A stretch of DNA of 64,000 nucleotides from contig CAUUYA010000004.1 in the NCBI GenBank assembly GCA_963549275.1, positions 37,697 through 101,696 of the forward strand, in the 5' to 3' direction. Positions 1 to 10,475 of this stretch are shown piece by piece; position 1 is the first letter of the stretch, and each line of letters starts with the position of its first letter. This stretch comes from an uncultured Candidatus Saccharibacteria bacterium. Its GTDB lineage: Bacteria; Patescibacteriota; Saccharimonadia; Saccharimonadales; Saccharimonadaceae. The notes below the pieces were generated by a model. That model was not told the DNA's origin. It searched no databases and was given only the letters and a program-made list of their open reading frames with translations. Position numbers and translations under genes: made by a program.

Positions 1-409
1 CGCCAGCGGTAACTAGCGCAATGAAAATTTTGTTAAATACTTCTGGATGTTTGCCAAAGGCCGAAGATAATGTCTTACCGCCTTCAACGTCGGCAATGAT
101 TTCTTGGACTATCTCCTGCATTTTTTTGTTGGCAGTCTGTTCAAATACCGTATGCAGGCTTTGTGTCAACGGTAATCCAGCGCCAATCAATGTTGCCAGC
201 TGGCGCGAGAAAACAATCTTATCCTTGCTAGAAATCCGGTTGGTAAAGCGCGCTAGCCAGCCGCCCTCGACTTCTTCCTTGATTGATAGCGGCATATAGC
301 CCTGAGCGGTCAGCGCTTTAGCGGCTTCGCTCTCAGATTCAGCTTGAACCAGCGATTTGACAATGTTTCCCGTCGCTTTATCGCGTGCTTCGTAGGTAAA
401 CTTTTTCAT
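1..409 (-). CDS. pilC: Type IV pilus inner-membrane platform protein PilC (T2SSF family), 5' part; runs off the window
   Basis: Manual translation from ATG 409: MKKFTYEARDKATGNIVKSLVQAESE...KDKIVFSRQLATLIGAGLPLTQSL...DVEGGKTLSSAFGKHPEVF; directly downstream of pilT. Confidence 0.92.
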   Translation of the reverse strand, partial: MKKFTYEARDKATGNIVKSLVQAESESEAAKALTAQGYMPLSIKEEVEGGWLARFTNRISSKDKIVFSRQLATLIGAGLPLTQSLHTVFEQTANKKMQEIVQEIIADVEGGKTLSSAFGKHPEVFNKIFIALVTAG

Positions 410-412
410 TAA

Positions 413-1483
413 TTATCCCCTGATTAACCTTTCAAATTCGGTCAAGTCAACAGCGAATTCCCGGGCGCTATCGTAAGTAATCGTGCCGCTTTGGACCAAC
501 TGCACCAATGTGCGATCCATCGTCTGCATACCTTGGTCGGCACCAGTTTGGATAATCGCGTCAAGCTGATGAGTCTTGCCTTCGCGAATAACGTTACGAA
601 CAGCCGGATTAGCAATCAAAATTTCAGCCGATACTACCCGACCGCCGCCGATCGCTGGTACTAACCGCTGCGAGCAAATTGCCATCAAAATATTACTGAG
701 CTGCGCGCGGATTTGCGGCTGCTGATGCGGCGGGAAGACGTCAATCATACGGTCGATTGATTGCGCCGCCGAGTTGGTGTGCAACGTCGCAAACACTAAG
801 TGTCCGGTCTCGGCAATGGTAATCGCCGCCGAGATCGTCTCGAGGTCGCGCATCTCGCCGATCAGTACCACGTCCGGGTCTTGGCGCAAGCTAGAGCGCA
901 GTGCCGCTGAGAACGAATAGGTATCGTAATGGACTTCGCGCTGCACCACTACCGATTTTTTCGACTTGTGCGTAAACTCAATCGGGTCTTCGATAGTAAT
1001 GATGTGTTGCGATTTTTCAGAGTTGATCTTATCAACCAGCGCCGCCAAAGTTGTCGACTTGCCCGAGCCAGTCGGTCCAGTCACTAACACCAAACCGCGC
1101 GGGTAATCGGCAAAATTCATTACCACTGGCGGCATGCCGAGCTCAGTCACCGACTTGATCTCATTTGGAATTAAGCGCAGCGCTGCTGCTAGGTTACCGC
1201 GCTCATGGAAAGCATTAACCCGGAATCGTCCGAGCGTACCGAAAGCAAAGCTAAAGTCAAACTCTTTGTCCTTGAGGAGAATCTGCTGCTGATCTTCGTC
1301 GAGAATTGCAAATACTAGCGACTCGACTTGCGCTTCATCGAGAGCATCAAAGCCAGCAATAGCTATCAATGTGCCGTCAATTCGCAGCATCGGCGGCAAA
1401 CCAACTTGAATATGCAAGTCGCTAGCTCGGCGCTTGATAACTTCCTCTAGTAAAACTTCAATCCGTAATTCTTGTTCTGGCAT
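413..1483 (-). CDS. pilT: Type IV pilus retraction ATPase PilT
   Basis: ASDLHI, Walker A GPTGSGKST, TIEDPIEF, LRQDPDVVLIGEMRD, AETGHLVFATLHTN, AVRNVIRE and GMQTMD motifs. Confidence 0.96.
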   Translation of the reverse strand: MPEQELRIEVLLEEVIKRRASDLHIQVGLPPMLRIDGTLIAIAGFDALDEAQVESLVFAILDEDQQQILLKDKEFDFSFAFGTLGRFRVNAFHERGNLAAALRLIPNEIKSVTELGMPPVVMNFADYPRGLVLVTGPTGSGKSTTLAALVDKINSEKSQHIITIEDPIEFTHKSKKSVVVQREVHYDTYSFSAALRSSLRQDPDVVLIGEMRDLETISAAITIAETGHLVFATLHTNSAAQSIDRMIDVFPPHQQPQIRAQLSNILMAICSQRLVPAIGGGRVVSAEILIANPAVRNVIREGKTHQLDAIIQTGADQGMQTMDRTLVQLVQSGTITYDSAREFAVDLTEFERLIRG

Positions 1484-1495
1484 TGTCCCCTCCTT

Positions 1496-3259
1496 TTATG
1501 CTGTGTCTGCCGACGTTACACGGTTTACTTCTTCTAGTGTAGTAATTCCTTGCAAGGCTTTCAAGTAGCCGTCTTGGCGCATTGTAATCATACCATCCTC
1601 GACTGCTTTGCGCTGGATCTCGTTGCTAGTGGCCCGGCGAACAATTAAGTCTTGGATACCTTCATTTACATCCATTACCTCGTACAGCCCAGCCCGACCA
1701 CTATAGCCATGCGGCGTAGCTGGCGTATCGCGACCTTTAACCAGCACGTAGGCTCGTTGATTGGCTAATGGCAAGTCCTTATAGCCCAAATCCTCGGACA
1801 CGCGCGCTACATCCTCTTTGGTCTTCGGTAATAGATGCCCCACCGTCTCGAGAATCATCTGCGTCTCAAGCGGGTTCGACCAATAAGCATCGCGATGCGG
1901 CGACACGCGGCGCACTAACCGCTGGCCAATTACTGTGTTGACCGTGCTAGCAATCAGGAACGGCTCGACATCCATATCGAGTAAGCGTGGCAACACTCCG
2001 GCCGCCGAATTGGTATGCAGTGTCGAGAACACCAGATGTCCCGTCAGTGCTGCTTGCACGCCAAGGTTAGCCGTCTCGCTATCGCGCATCTCGCCGACCA
2101 TCACTACGTCTGGATCTTGGCGCAAGATACTGCGCAGGCCATTAGCAAACGTCAAACCAACGTCGTTATTAACCTGGATCTGATTAACGCCGTCTATCTT
2201 ATACTCAACCGGATCCTCAAGCGTCACAATGTTAATCGCGTCAGTTTTGATCTCTTTAATCAGCGCGTATAAGCTGGTTGATTTACCGCTACCAGTCGGG
2301 CCGCTTGTTAGAATCATGCCGTTAGGACGTTTGATGCCTTTGCGAATCATTCGTAAGGCTCGACCGACATAGCCCATTTGCTCGAGATCGAACGTGTTGC
2401 CAGTTTTGTCAAGCAGGCGAATCACTACCTGTTCGCCCCAAACAACTGGGCTAACAGCAATGCGCAGATCGACTTCCTTGCCAGCCACATTAACTGCAAA
2501 TTGACCGTCCTGCGGAATGCGATGTTCGTCGATTTTCAAATTGGATAAAATTTTGATGCGGCTAACTAGCGCCGGCTCAATACTCTTCGGCAGCTGCATG
2601 ACCTCGCGCAGTACGCCATCGACGCGGCAGCGTATTTTCAGCGATTTTTCGAGCGGTTCAATATGCACATCGCTAGCGCGGCTCTTGACTGCATACTCTA
2701 GGATAGTGCTCAATGCGCGGCTAATCGGTGAATCCTGGACGATAGTTTTGATATCGCTTGACGATTGAATCGCCTCGGCCTGAGTAGCCTGCGCCGCTTC
2801 GTCAACGGTCGATAAGTCGGTTTTATACTGGTCGAGAACATGACGGACACCCGCTTCCGATGCCATAAAGACCTTGAGCGGCCGCTGAATACGGTTGGCT
2901 AAATAATCCACCGCCTGGACATTATTAGCATCAATCATCGCTACCGCCAAACGGTTATTCACCTCGGCCAACGGCACTGCCATGAAGCGCTCGGCGATAT
3001 CGCTCGGCAACAGTGACAAGATACTCTGATCAATAATACTAGCCGTCAAATTAACATACGGCACGCCCGAAACGTGGGCTATAGCGTGAGTCAACAGCTC
3101 GTCATCTATCTCGCCGATATCTTCCAAAACCGTCAACAACGGCTTGTTCGTTTTAGCAGACTGCTTAGTGGCTCTATCAATAACCTCACGAGAAACCAAA
3201 CCCTCGTCAACCAAGAGCTTGATGAGCTTCTCCTGAATGTCATCGGTCATCAGCGCCAC
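1496..3259 (-). CDS. pilB: Type IV pilus extension ATPase PilB (GspE/PulE family)
   Basis: N-terminal T2SSE_N-like domain, ASDVHIEP, RIPQDG, GPTGSGKS, LRQDPDVVMVGEMRD, TGHLVFSTLHTN. Confidence 0.95.
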   Translation of the reverse strand: MALMTDDIQEKLIKLLVDEGLVSREVIDRATKQSAKTNKPLLTVLEDIGEIDDELLTHAIAHVSGVPYVNLTASIIDQSILSLLPSDIAERFMAVPLAEVNNRLAVAMIDANNVQAVDYLANRIQRPLKVFMASEAGVRHVLDQYKTDLSTVDEAAQATQAEAIQSSSDIKTIVQDSPISRALSTILEYAVKSRASDVHIEPLEKSLKIRCRVDGVLREVMQLPKSIEPALVSRIKILSNLKIDEHRIPQDGQFAVNVAGKEVDLRIAVSPVVWGEQVVIRLLDKTGNTFDLEQMGYVGRALRMIRKGIKRPNGMILTSGPTGSGKSTSLYALIKEIKTDAINIVTLEDPVEYKIDGVNQIQVNNDVGLTFANGLRSILRQDPDVVMVGEMRDSETANLGVQAALTGHLVFSTLHTNSAAGVLPRLLDMDVEPFLIASTVNTVIGQRLVRRVSPHRDAYWSNPLETQMILETVGHLLPKTKEDVARVSEDLGYKDLPLANQRAYVLVKGRDTPATPHGYSGRAGLYEVMDVNEGIQDLIVRRATSNEIQRKAVEDGMITMRQDGYLKALQGITTLEEVNRVTSADTA

Positions 3260-3270
3260 TAGAAAGACTC

Positions 3271-3564
3271 CTACCTATTTTGATTCTGACTACGATCCCG
3301 GTTTTGGCTCTGGTTGGCTGCGGCATCGAGTGAATTAGGCGAACTAGACGAACCAATTATTGTTTCTACTGTCGGATTTATGGCATTAGAATTAAAAACT
3401 TCCGAGCTTGGCTCTTTGACATCACTGCTCATTTTCTCGATAGTGCTAACACTAGTACCAACCCGCGGCGCCTTAAGCGCAGGAATATTGTTACCAATAG
3501 TAAACGCTATTAGCATAGATAAACCGGCAATCAGTACAATCATCGCTATATCGCTCTTCTTCAC
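3271..3564 (-). CDS. Small membrane-anchored protein of the pil operon (PilP-like position)
   Basis: N-terminal hydrophobic helix; overlaps the upstream gene by 4 nt; sits between the pilO-like gene and pilB. Confidence 0.7.
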   Translation of the reverse strand: MKKSDIAMIVLIAGLSMLIAFTIGNNIPALKAPRVGTSVSTIEKMSSDVKEPSSEVFNSNAINPTVETIIGSSSSPNSLDAAANQSQNRDRSQNQNR

Positions 3565-4268
3565 GGCTTTATCCCCTTCTTGTTAAGTTGAACTGTTTTA
3601 CCTGGCAAGTAATAAGCATGTCCAGAAATTGACATCGTAAACTTAGAATCTGACGCTTCAATCGTTGATTCGTCAATATCAATTACGCGAATCGACTTTT
3701 CAAAATTTCGCAAAACACTGCGCAGTATATCCGCATTGCTGGCTGATAATTCCATCGTAAAGGCTATCTGTTGAACACTTCTAGAATTATCGGCATTGTT
3801 GTCGCTTGACGAGCTGTTATTTTTGTTATTGTCAGAGGAATTTTCGTTCGAAGAAACTGTTTGGAAAGACTCAAGCTTAGCGCCAGGCACTCGGCCAACT
3901 AAATTCTGCACAGAGGCGCCAAGTGCTAGCGAGTTGTCGTCAGCTGGCAAAGCATCCAAGATAACACGCAGCGGATCTTCCTTATCGTTAAGTTTTGCAG
4001 AGCCGAGCGCCGAATTGGTGTTTAACACGCGGATATTATCGCGCAAACCGTCATACGTCTTAATATTACTATCAAGCGTCGATGTCGTTTGATTCTTTTC
4101 GGCTAGAACTTTCGTCTCAAAAACTATGCGCTGTACTAGAAAACCGCCAATAACCAGCGCAAAGCCAACCAAAACCGACGCGCCTGCCACCCAGCCGAAC
4201 ATTACGCGGCCGCTACGATCAATTTGCCGGCGCTTATTTAGCGAGGTATCTTTCTTTGCTTCCGCCAT
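3561..4268 (-). CDS. pilO: PilO-like pilus alignment protein
   Basis: Single N-terminal TM, coiled coil, C-terminal 'LRNFEKSIRVIDID...MSISGHAYY' PilO-type fold; follows pilN. Confidence 0.7.
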   Translation of the reverse strand: MAEAKKDTSLNKRRQIDRSGRVMFGWVAGASVLVGFALVIGGFLVQRIVFETKVLAEKNQTTSTLDSNIKTYDGLRDNIRVLNTNSALGSAKLNDKEDPLRVILDALPADDNSLALGASVQNLVGRVPGAKLESFQTVSSNENSSDNNKNNSSSSDNNADNSRSVQQIAFTMELSASNADILRSVLRNFEKSIRVIDIDESTIEASDSKFTMSISGHAYYLPGKTVQLNKKGIKP

Positions 4269-4993
4269 TATTTATCCTCCTTTTTGTTTGAATCCTTTGC
4301 CTCAAACAGCGAATCTGGCACATGCTTTTTTGAATCAGTCACGTCTACCGAACCAGTCGGCGAAACGATTACTAAGCTTTTAACGCTGTTCGATAACAAT
4401 TCTTCGGGATAAGAAAACGTCAGAGTAAACGTCAGTTTCTTCTCTCCGCCAGAATCTTCGGCATACGCCGTGTTGGTAATTCTCACAGAGCTAGATAGTG
4501 GCGTTTCTGCAGATTCCGAATCTTTCGTGTATTTCAATTTAGTATTAAGAATGGTTTTTTTAAGCGCGTCTACCGCATTAAAACCGCCAGCGGTTGAGCC
4601 TTCTATGGTAATCGTTTTTTCTGACGCGTTATAACGTACCGTTGACATAGTCACGTTGTTTGGCGCCTGTGGATTAACCGCGCTCAAAGTATCAAAGATG
4701 CGTGAATTAACACCTCGATTGCTACTGATCATATCAATCTGAGTTAGCTGATTCTGAATGGTCAAAAGATCATTAATATCTGGTTTATCGCTAAGTTCTT
4801 TATATTTGCTTTTAATAGAGTTATCAGCCTGGCCACTAGCAAACTGCAGCGACCCCAAAGCAAGCCCCAGCACAATCACAGCACCTGCCGCAGCTGCAGC
4901 CACTAACATTGATACCGATATCACCGTATTACGAACCCGCTGAGCGTGCAAATATTCCCGCTTAACGTCTGGTATTAGGTTTACTTCAATCAT
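4268..4993 (-). CDS. pilN: PilN-like pilus alignment protein
   Basis: N-terminal 'IEVNLIP' (INLLP-type PilM-binding motif) followed by a TM and coiled coil; follows pilM. Confidence 0.85.
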   Translation of the reverse strand: MIEVNLIPDVKREYLHAQRVRNTVISVSMLVAAAAAGAVIVLGLALGSLQFASGQADNSIKSKYKELSDKPDINDLLTIQNQLTQIDMISSNRGVNSRIFDTLSAVNPQAPNNVTMSTVRYNASEKTITIEGSTAGGFNAVDALKKTILNTKLKYTKDSESAETPLSSSVRITNTAYAEDSGGEKKLTFTLTFSYPEELLSNSVKSLVIVSPTGSVDVTDSKKHVPDSLFEAKDSNKKEDK

Positions 4994-6042
4994 GACAAGT
5001 TTCTCCGTTTCGCCAGGCCAACCGCCGTAGCAAACTCGTTAGCAATCGGCGCTAGTTGCTGCTGCATGCTCTGCGAGACATTTATATTTTGCCAAGGGCT
5101 AGTTGCAACCGCTGATATATTAATCTTGCCCGCCAAATACGAATCAATTTGCGGCACAGTCGCGCCGTATCCAGATAACAAAGCTTGAGAAACGGCCACA
5201 TCTTCATACCTATTCTGGAAGAATTTAATCGATTTTGATAATTCAGAAGCAAAATTATCAAGCGTCATCTCGACAGCACGGAAGACTTGCCCTTCGAGGC
5301 GACTTTGATCTAGACCAAATTTCAGGATAAACTGGCGAGCCTGATCCTCTTGGACACTCAGGTTCTGAGCTACGGCCTTAACTAGCGAGTTCAGCCCAGT
5401 CGGAATCGTTCTGATTAACCGCGGCGTATCGCCATAAGTCAAAGCGATATCTGTCGATAACTCGCCCATATCGACCAGCATATAAGCTGAATTGCTAGCA
5501 GTCGCTGGCACTAACGCTCGCACCATCGCTAACGGATCTGGCTCTTCAGCTATCACATTCAGGCCAAGCGATTCAATTAATTCCAGACGCTCTTCGCTAT
5601 ACTGCTTGGACACGCTGGTGATTAATACTTCGTTTTGGTTTTGCGACTTTAGCGAACCGCCTAGCAGTGCCCAGTCAACTTTCGCCTCGTCACTGCTCAT
5701 CGGAATATACTGATCAACTTGGTATTTCATAGTTGCCCGCAGTTCCGCTTCGCTCATCGCTGGTACGTCAATAACCGTAGTGAAAGTCTTACTCGACGGC
5801 AAGCCAATCGCTACATTTTTAGTACGAATACCAGACTGGCCTACCGCCGTCATCGTGGCCTCGCCGAGCCGGCGCCGTGCTTCTGGCGAGTCGCTCGCGG
5901 TAATTTTGTGATCGACAGGCACATATCCGTATGCAACCAGATTCCAACTGCCCTGGCCAGAAGCAGCTAGCTGCAATACTCGCACCGCGTTGGTACCGAT
6001 GTCGAGTGCAAAGAAATCGCCCATCCCTTTTTGAATTTTCAT
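4990..6042 (-). CDS. pilM: Type IV pilus assembly protein PilM
   Basis: Actin-like 'FALDIGTNAVR', 'LVDMGE', 'LLSGYGA' and 'FATAVGLA'; start set to ATG 6042 just after a -10-like box. Confidence 0.93.
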   Translation of the reverse strand: MKIQKGMGDFFALDIGTNAVRVLQLAASGQGSWNLVAYGYVPVDHKITASDSPEARRRLGEATMTAVGQSGIRTKNVAIGLPSSKTFTTVIDVPAMSEAELRATMKYQVDQYIPMSSDEAKVDWALLGGSLKSQNQNEVLITSVSKQYSEERLELIESLGLNVIAEEPDPLAMVRALVPATASNSAYMLVDMGELSTDIALTYGDTPRLIRTIPTGLNSLVKAVAQNLSVQEDQARQFILKFGLDQSRLEGQVFRAVEMTLDNFASELSKSIKFFQNRYEDVAVSQALLSGYGATVPQIDSYLAGKINISAVATSPWQNINVSQSMQQQLAPIANEFATAVGLAKRRNLS

Positions 6043-6136
6043 ATACCTTATATTATGCATAAGCAAAGTAAAAAACGCAAGCTTTTTAGATAATTACTTT
6101 TCGGACAATACCCTTTAAATGCTATAATGTAGGATT

Positions 6137-7219
6137 ATGAGTTTATCTATCGGAATTGTCGGTTTGCCGAATGTTGGCAAATCCACGCTTTTTAATGCTT
6201 TAACTAATAATAATATTTTGGCGGCCAATTATCCTTTTGCCACTATCGAACCAAACACCGGCATCGTGCCGGTACCCGATGAGCGCCTAAACGTCCTCGC
6301 TAAAATGTACCACGCCGAGAAAATTATCCCGGCTACCGTGACTTTTGTCGATATTGCCGGGCTAGTCGCCGGAGCTTCCAAAGGCGAAGGCCTGGGTAAT
6401 AAGTTCTTAGCTAACATCCGCCAATGCGACGCCATTGTTCATATCGTCCGTGCTTTTGAAAGCGACGATATCGTTCATGTCGATAATATTATCGATCCAA
6501 AACGCGATATCGACACTATCAATACCGAACTGATTCTGGCTGATTTGCAAACGCTAGAAGCTCGCCTGGCTCGCCTCGCCAAAGAAGCCAAAGCCAGCCC
6601 CAAAGCTAGCGCTATCAAAAATCGTTTAGAAGTGCTTGCTGAAAAACTGCGCGCTGGCACGCCAATTAACGAAATTTCCGGCGTCGATCCTGACGATATC
6701 GCTGATTTACACCTTTTGACCGCCAAGCCAGTAATTTATGTGTTCAACGTCAATGAAGAAACCCTGGCTAGCGAAGATAAGAAGCAGAGCCTGCGCAATC
6801 TCGTGCCACACTCTCGCAGCCTATTCATCTGCGCCAAGCTTGAGGACGAAATTAAAGGCCTTAACCCCAGCGACGCTCTCGAACTGTTACAGAGCTACGA
6901 CGTACCCGAAGCTGGGTTAACCCAAATGATCCACGCCGCCTATGATTTGCTCGGACTGCAAAGTTACTTAACTGCCGGGCCGAAAGAAGTCCGCGCCTGG
7001 ACGATCCACCAGGGCTGGACCGCTCCGCAAGCCGCCGGCGTCATTCACACCGATTTCGAAAAGGGTTTTATCGCTGCTCAAGTTGTTAATTACGACGATT
7101 TAGTAGCTGCTGGCTCAGAGGCTAATGCTCGCGCCGCCGGCAAAATCCGCACCGAAGGTAAAACTTACGTCATGCAGCCAGATGATGTAGTTGAGTTTAG
7201 ATTTAACGTTAGCAAATAA
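6137..7219 (+). CDS. ychF: Redox-regulated ATPase YchF (Obg family)
   Basis: [33 protein letters not shown]-terminal TGS domain. Confidence 0.97.
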   Translation: MSLSIGIVGLPNVGKSTLFNALTNNNILAANYPFATIEPNTGIVPVPDERLNVLAKMYHAEKIIPATVTFVDIAGLVAGASKGEGLGNKFLANIRQCDAIVHIVRAFESDDIVHVDNIIDPKRDIDTINTELILADLQTLEARLARLAKEAKASPKASAIKNRLEVLAEKLRAGTPINEISGVDPDDIADLHLLTAKPVIYVFNVNEETLASEDKKQSLRNLVPHSRSLFICAKLEDEIKGLNPSDALELLQSYDVPEAGLTQMIHAAYDLLGLQSYLTAGPKEVRAWTIHQGWTAPQAAGVIHTDFEKGFIAAQVVNYDDLVAAGSEANARAAGKIRTEGKTYVMQPDDVVEFRFNVSK

Positions 7220-7295
7220 TTTAGCATTTAATCGCTTAGATTTGATATAGCTTAGACCAATTTGCCAGCGAATCACCGGCCAGCCGCATAAGCCG

Positions 7296-8021
7296 CTAAC
7301 AACTTCCAGCTTTTCTCAATATATAAAACCGCTCCAAGTTGCCGTGCGCACCTTTCACTTCGCTATCTGCTTTATTAATAATTATGAAATTAGCACGCAC
7401 CCACTGCTCGAATTCGCGCAAGATTGCCCGCCGCACGCCGTCATTCTTGACGACACCGCCGCGAGTCAGCTGTTGGCGTTGCGCCTCAAATTGCGGTTTA
7501 ACCATTGCTACTATAGTTGTATTTTTATCAACGATTTTCGCAACGTGCGGCAAAATTTGCCTCAGACTAATAAACGACGCGTCAATCACCACTATATCCG
7601 GAATTTCACTTGGCACAAAATCCCGAACGTCAGTTTTTTCATATAATTCAATTCGTTTATTGCCGCGTAAGCTCGGGTGCAGCTGATCGGTGCCAACATC
7701 CACGGCGTATATTTTCTTCGCGCCGTGCTGCAGCGCAAAATCAGTAAAGCCGCCTGTGCTACTGCCAATATCCAATACCGTCTTGCCATGAAAGTCCAAA
7801 TTAAAAGCTTTCGCCGCGCCCGCCAATTTTAGTCCGGCCCGCGACACGTAACGCTCTGACGCTGCTAATTCAATCGGCGCCGATTCATCAACGAACAATC
7901 CTGGCTTGGCTGCCGTCTGTCCGCCAACACGCACACGTCCCAAACGAATCCAATTCTCGGCTTCCGAACGCGAACCTACCAATCCGCGCGCCAGCATCAA
8001 TTTATCTAACCGTTGCTTCAT
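7296..8021 (-). CDS. tlyA: TlyA family rRNA 2'-O-methyltransferase
   Basis: S4 domain 'KQRLDKLM', 'YVSRAGLKL', 'LDIGSSTGGFTD', 'DASFISL', 'VKPQFE'. Confidence 0.93.
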   Translation of the reverse strand: MKQRLDKLMLARGLVGSRSEAENWIRLGRVRVGGQTAAKPGLFVDESAPIELAASERYVSRAGLKLAGAAKAFNLDFHGKTVLDIGSSTGGFTDFALQHGAKKIYAVDVGTDQLHPSLRGNKRIELYEKTDVRDFVPSEIPDIVVIDASFISLRQILPHVAKIVDKNTTIVAMVKPQFEAQRQQLTRGGVVKNDGVRRAILREFEQWVRANFIIINKADSEVKGAHGNLERFYILRKAGSC

Positions 8022-8033
8022 TCCTCAATTCTA

Positions 8034-9797
8034 CTATGGATACATAATCCGCTCAATGTCGCGGGTCATCGCCGCAATTGCCGCATAGGATTTACCCTGA
8101 GTCATGATCGTCATCACGTAAGTACCGCGCGGATGCCGGACAATAGCCGTGTCGTGCACGTAGTTCCACAAAAAGCCAACCTTATCATAAACTTCGCGCG
8201 CTTGGCTACCCGTCGGTATACCATAACGGTAAGGATGGTGCGACAAAGAATACAACAGCCGCTCGCGCTGCGCTCCGCCAATTAGCGAGCCAGTCTCCAA
8301 TCCGACCATGAACTTCGTCAGATCACCCGCCGACACATGAGTTGCCTGCGCGTGCGTGAAAGTCACTGCCCGCGAAAACCCTAGTCGGTAAACAAAATCG
8401 TTCAGATTTTGCCGGCCAAATCTATCTAGCCATGCCACCGCGCATGGATTAGTACTGGCAATAGTCATCCGATCAAAACAGCCCGACACCGTCGTGTCAA
8501 GCATCGGGTCGCTCCAGCTAATTCCCCCGGCATTTATCTCATCAAACAAACGTTTAGCAATAAATAACTTATAAGTACTAGCGCTAACAACACTCTCCTC
8601 GGCATCGGCATCTGCCGACCAACCGCTGCCGCCCAGCTGGCGAATCGAGAACCAAGCACCATTACGCGCCTTATCACGTACATAAGCTCGCAAGCCATCT
8701 TCGGTAGGAGTATAGCGGTTATTATAAATTACGCTCGGCTCTAAATCAGTCATCGCCGCCAAGATCACGCTACTACCTTGACCTCTCAGCAGATAATCAG
8801 TGACTGGTTGTACTATTGAAGCCGCATCGATTTGGCTACCTTTCTCACCAGTGGTTCGCGAGACTTCTCGCCCGTTCTCAATATTGATATTTGTCTGGCC
8901 AGCCGGATGCCCAGCTGCTTTTGACCAATTATCAATTGAGTTTTGTAGTTTTTGCCTGTTAATCACCAGGTTCGTGCCACCTTCTGTTGTTTCGCCAAAC
9001 TCTAGCCACGAAGCTTTCTCAGCATTGCCAACTGCAAACGTCTGATTGGCAGCGAGAATCGTCAAAGGACGAGCCAACGCTTGCTCGGCTTGATTACGGA
9101 CAGAAGCGAACGCCATACTGCGCCGCGACGCCTCTTGCAACTTAGCATCAATTCGAAGCTCCGTCATGCCAGCAAATGAATACTTGGTTGTTTGCAGCAC
9201 GTTTTTGATAGCTTGCGCACTCACCAAATGTCCTGGCACATCATTAACCGCCGTTAGCTGACCGTCTTTAAACGCCACGCCAGCGTTTATTGGCGGCCGC
9301 GACAGTTGCGAACTAGTTTTTTGTGCAAAAACCTCTAATGTCGGCAGTGCGAAAGCTAGATCTAGCGTTTGCACATTTGGTAGTTGCCAAAATATCGAAA
9401 ACGGCACCAAACGTAGCCAAAAGGGATAGTTCGCCAGTCGACTCGCCATCTCTTCAGCCTTGATATCAGCACCAGCTTCACTCAGCGTATAAATACCGCT
9501 CGGTTTGCCGCCAATAATAAATTTAATTTTCGACCGCTGAAATACTAACGTCGCTTGGTTAGCCAAATCTGTCTCGTTCTGCCAACCAACCCAGCGTCCA
9601 TTCATCCGCGCTAGCGGCAGCGCTCGATCAAGCGGATACAATATTTGCACAGCCAAAATCGCCGCTACAACAAAAAACGCCACCCAAACTAACATCCGGT
9701 GGCGTTTTTGCTCGGGCATTGCCGAACGATACGTTTGTTTAACTTTTTTGTGCAGGCGTTTAGCACTTGCAGCGGCACGCGCTCGCTTGTTAGTCAT
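8034..9797 (-). CDS. Membrane-anchored serine hydrolase (class A beta-lactamase/PBP-like C-terminal domain) with a PG-binding-like stalk
   Basis: N-terminal TM; SxxK (SASTYK), SxN (STN) and KVG (KTG-like) motifs in the last ~230 aa. Confidence 0.8.
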   Translation of the reverse strand: MTNKRARAAASAKRLHKKVKQTYRSAMPEQKRHRMLVWVAFFVVAAILAVQILYPLDRALPLARMNGRWVGWQNETDLANQATLVFQRSKIKFIIGGKPSGIYTLSEAGADIKAEEMASRLANYPFWLRLVPFSIFWQLPNVQTLDLAFALPTLEVFAQKTSSQLSRPPINAGVAFKDGQLTAVNDVPGHLVSAQAIKNVLQTTKYSFAGMTELRIDAKLQEASRRSMAFASVRNQAEQALARPLTILAANQTFAVGNAEKASWLEFGETTEGGTNLVINRQKLQNSIDNWSKAAGHPAGQTNINIENGREVSRTTGEKGSQIDAASIVQPVTDYLLRGQGSSVILAAMTDLEPSVIYNNRYTPTEDGLRAYVRDKARNGAWFSIRQLGGSGWSADADAEESVVSASTYKLFIAKRLFDEINAGGISWSDPMLDTTVSGCFDRMTIASTNPCAVAWLDRFGRQNLNDFVYRLGFSRAVTFTHAQATHVSAGDLTKFMVGLETGSLIGGAQRERLLYSLSHHPYRYGIPTGSQAREVYDKVGFLWNYVHDTAIVRHPRGTYVMTIMTQGKSYAAIAAMTRDIERIMYP

Positions 9798-9843
9798 ATT
9801 TACATTTTAGCACGCTGCGAAACACTTATTTTAGTTTAATAAG

Positions 9844-10404
9844 CTATTTCTTGCGTTCGCGATACTCGCCTGTAGACGTGTCAACCGAAATAATATCGCC
9901 AACCTTTATAAAAGCTGGCACCTTAACGACCGCGCCCGTCTCAAGCGTTGCATCTTTCAAAACGCTACTAGTCGTATCACCTTTAACCACCGCCTCTGTA
10001 TAGGTCACTTCCAAATAAACATTTTTTGGCATCTCGACGGTAATCACCTTACCGTCAAAGAATTGCAAAGCCAGCTCGTCGCCCTCTTTCATGAAGTTTT
10101 TAGCTTCGTCAACCAAATCGGCCGACAGCTCAAACTGCTCAAAACTATTCGGATCCATGAAAAAGAAAGCTGAACCGTCATTGTATAAATATTGGACAGT
10201 TTTGCTAGTCACCTCGGCTGGCTCAATCTTATCTTGGCCTTTAAATGTTTTGGGAATAACCGCACCAGTAATTAAATTCTTCAATTTGACATTAACGATA
10301 GAACCGCCGCGGCCCATCACTTTCTGATTATAGTCAATCACTCGATACGGTTGACTGTCGATTTGGCATACTACGCCTTTTTTCAAATCAGTTGGTTGAT
10401 ACAT
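9844..10404 (-). CDS. efp: Elongation factor P
   Basis: MYQPTDLKKG..., 'VKGDT', 'ATLETGAVVKVPAFIKVGD'; start at ATG 10404 after the SD AAGGAG. Confidence 0.95.
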   Translation of the reverse strand: MYQPTDLKKGVVCQIDSQPYRVIDYNQKVMGRGGSIVNVKLKNLITGAVIPKTFKGQDKIEPAEVTSKTVQYLYNDGSAFFFMDPNSFEQFELSADLVDEAKNFMKEGDELALQFFDGKVITVEMPKNVYLEVTYTEAVVKGDTTSSVLKDATLETGAVVKVPAFIKVGDIISVDTSTGEYRERKK

Positions 10405-10475
10405 TTCATCTCCTTTTGCGTCTTTAGAAATACCCTTCAGCGCACGACAAAGCATTTCGTACGCTGGAAAATTCC

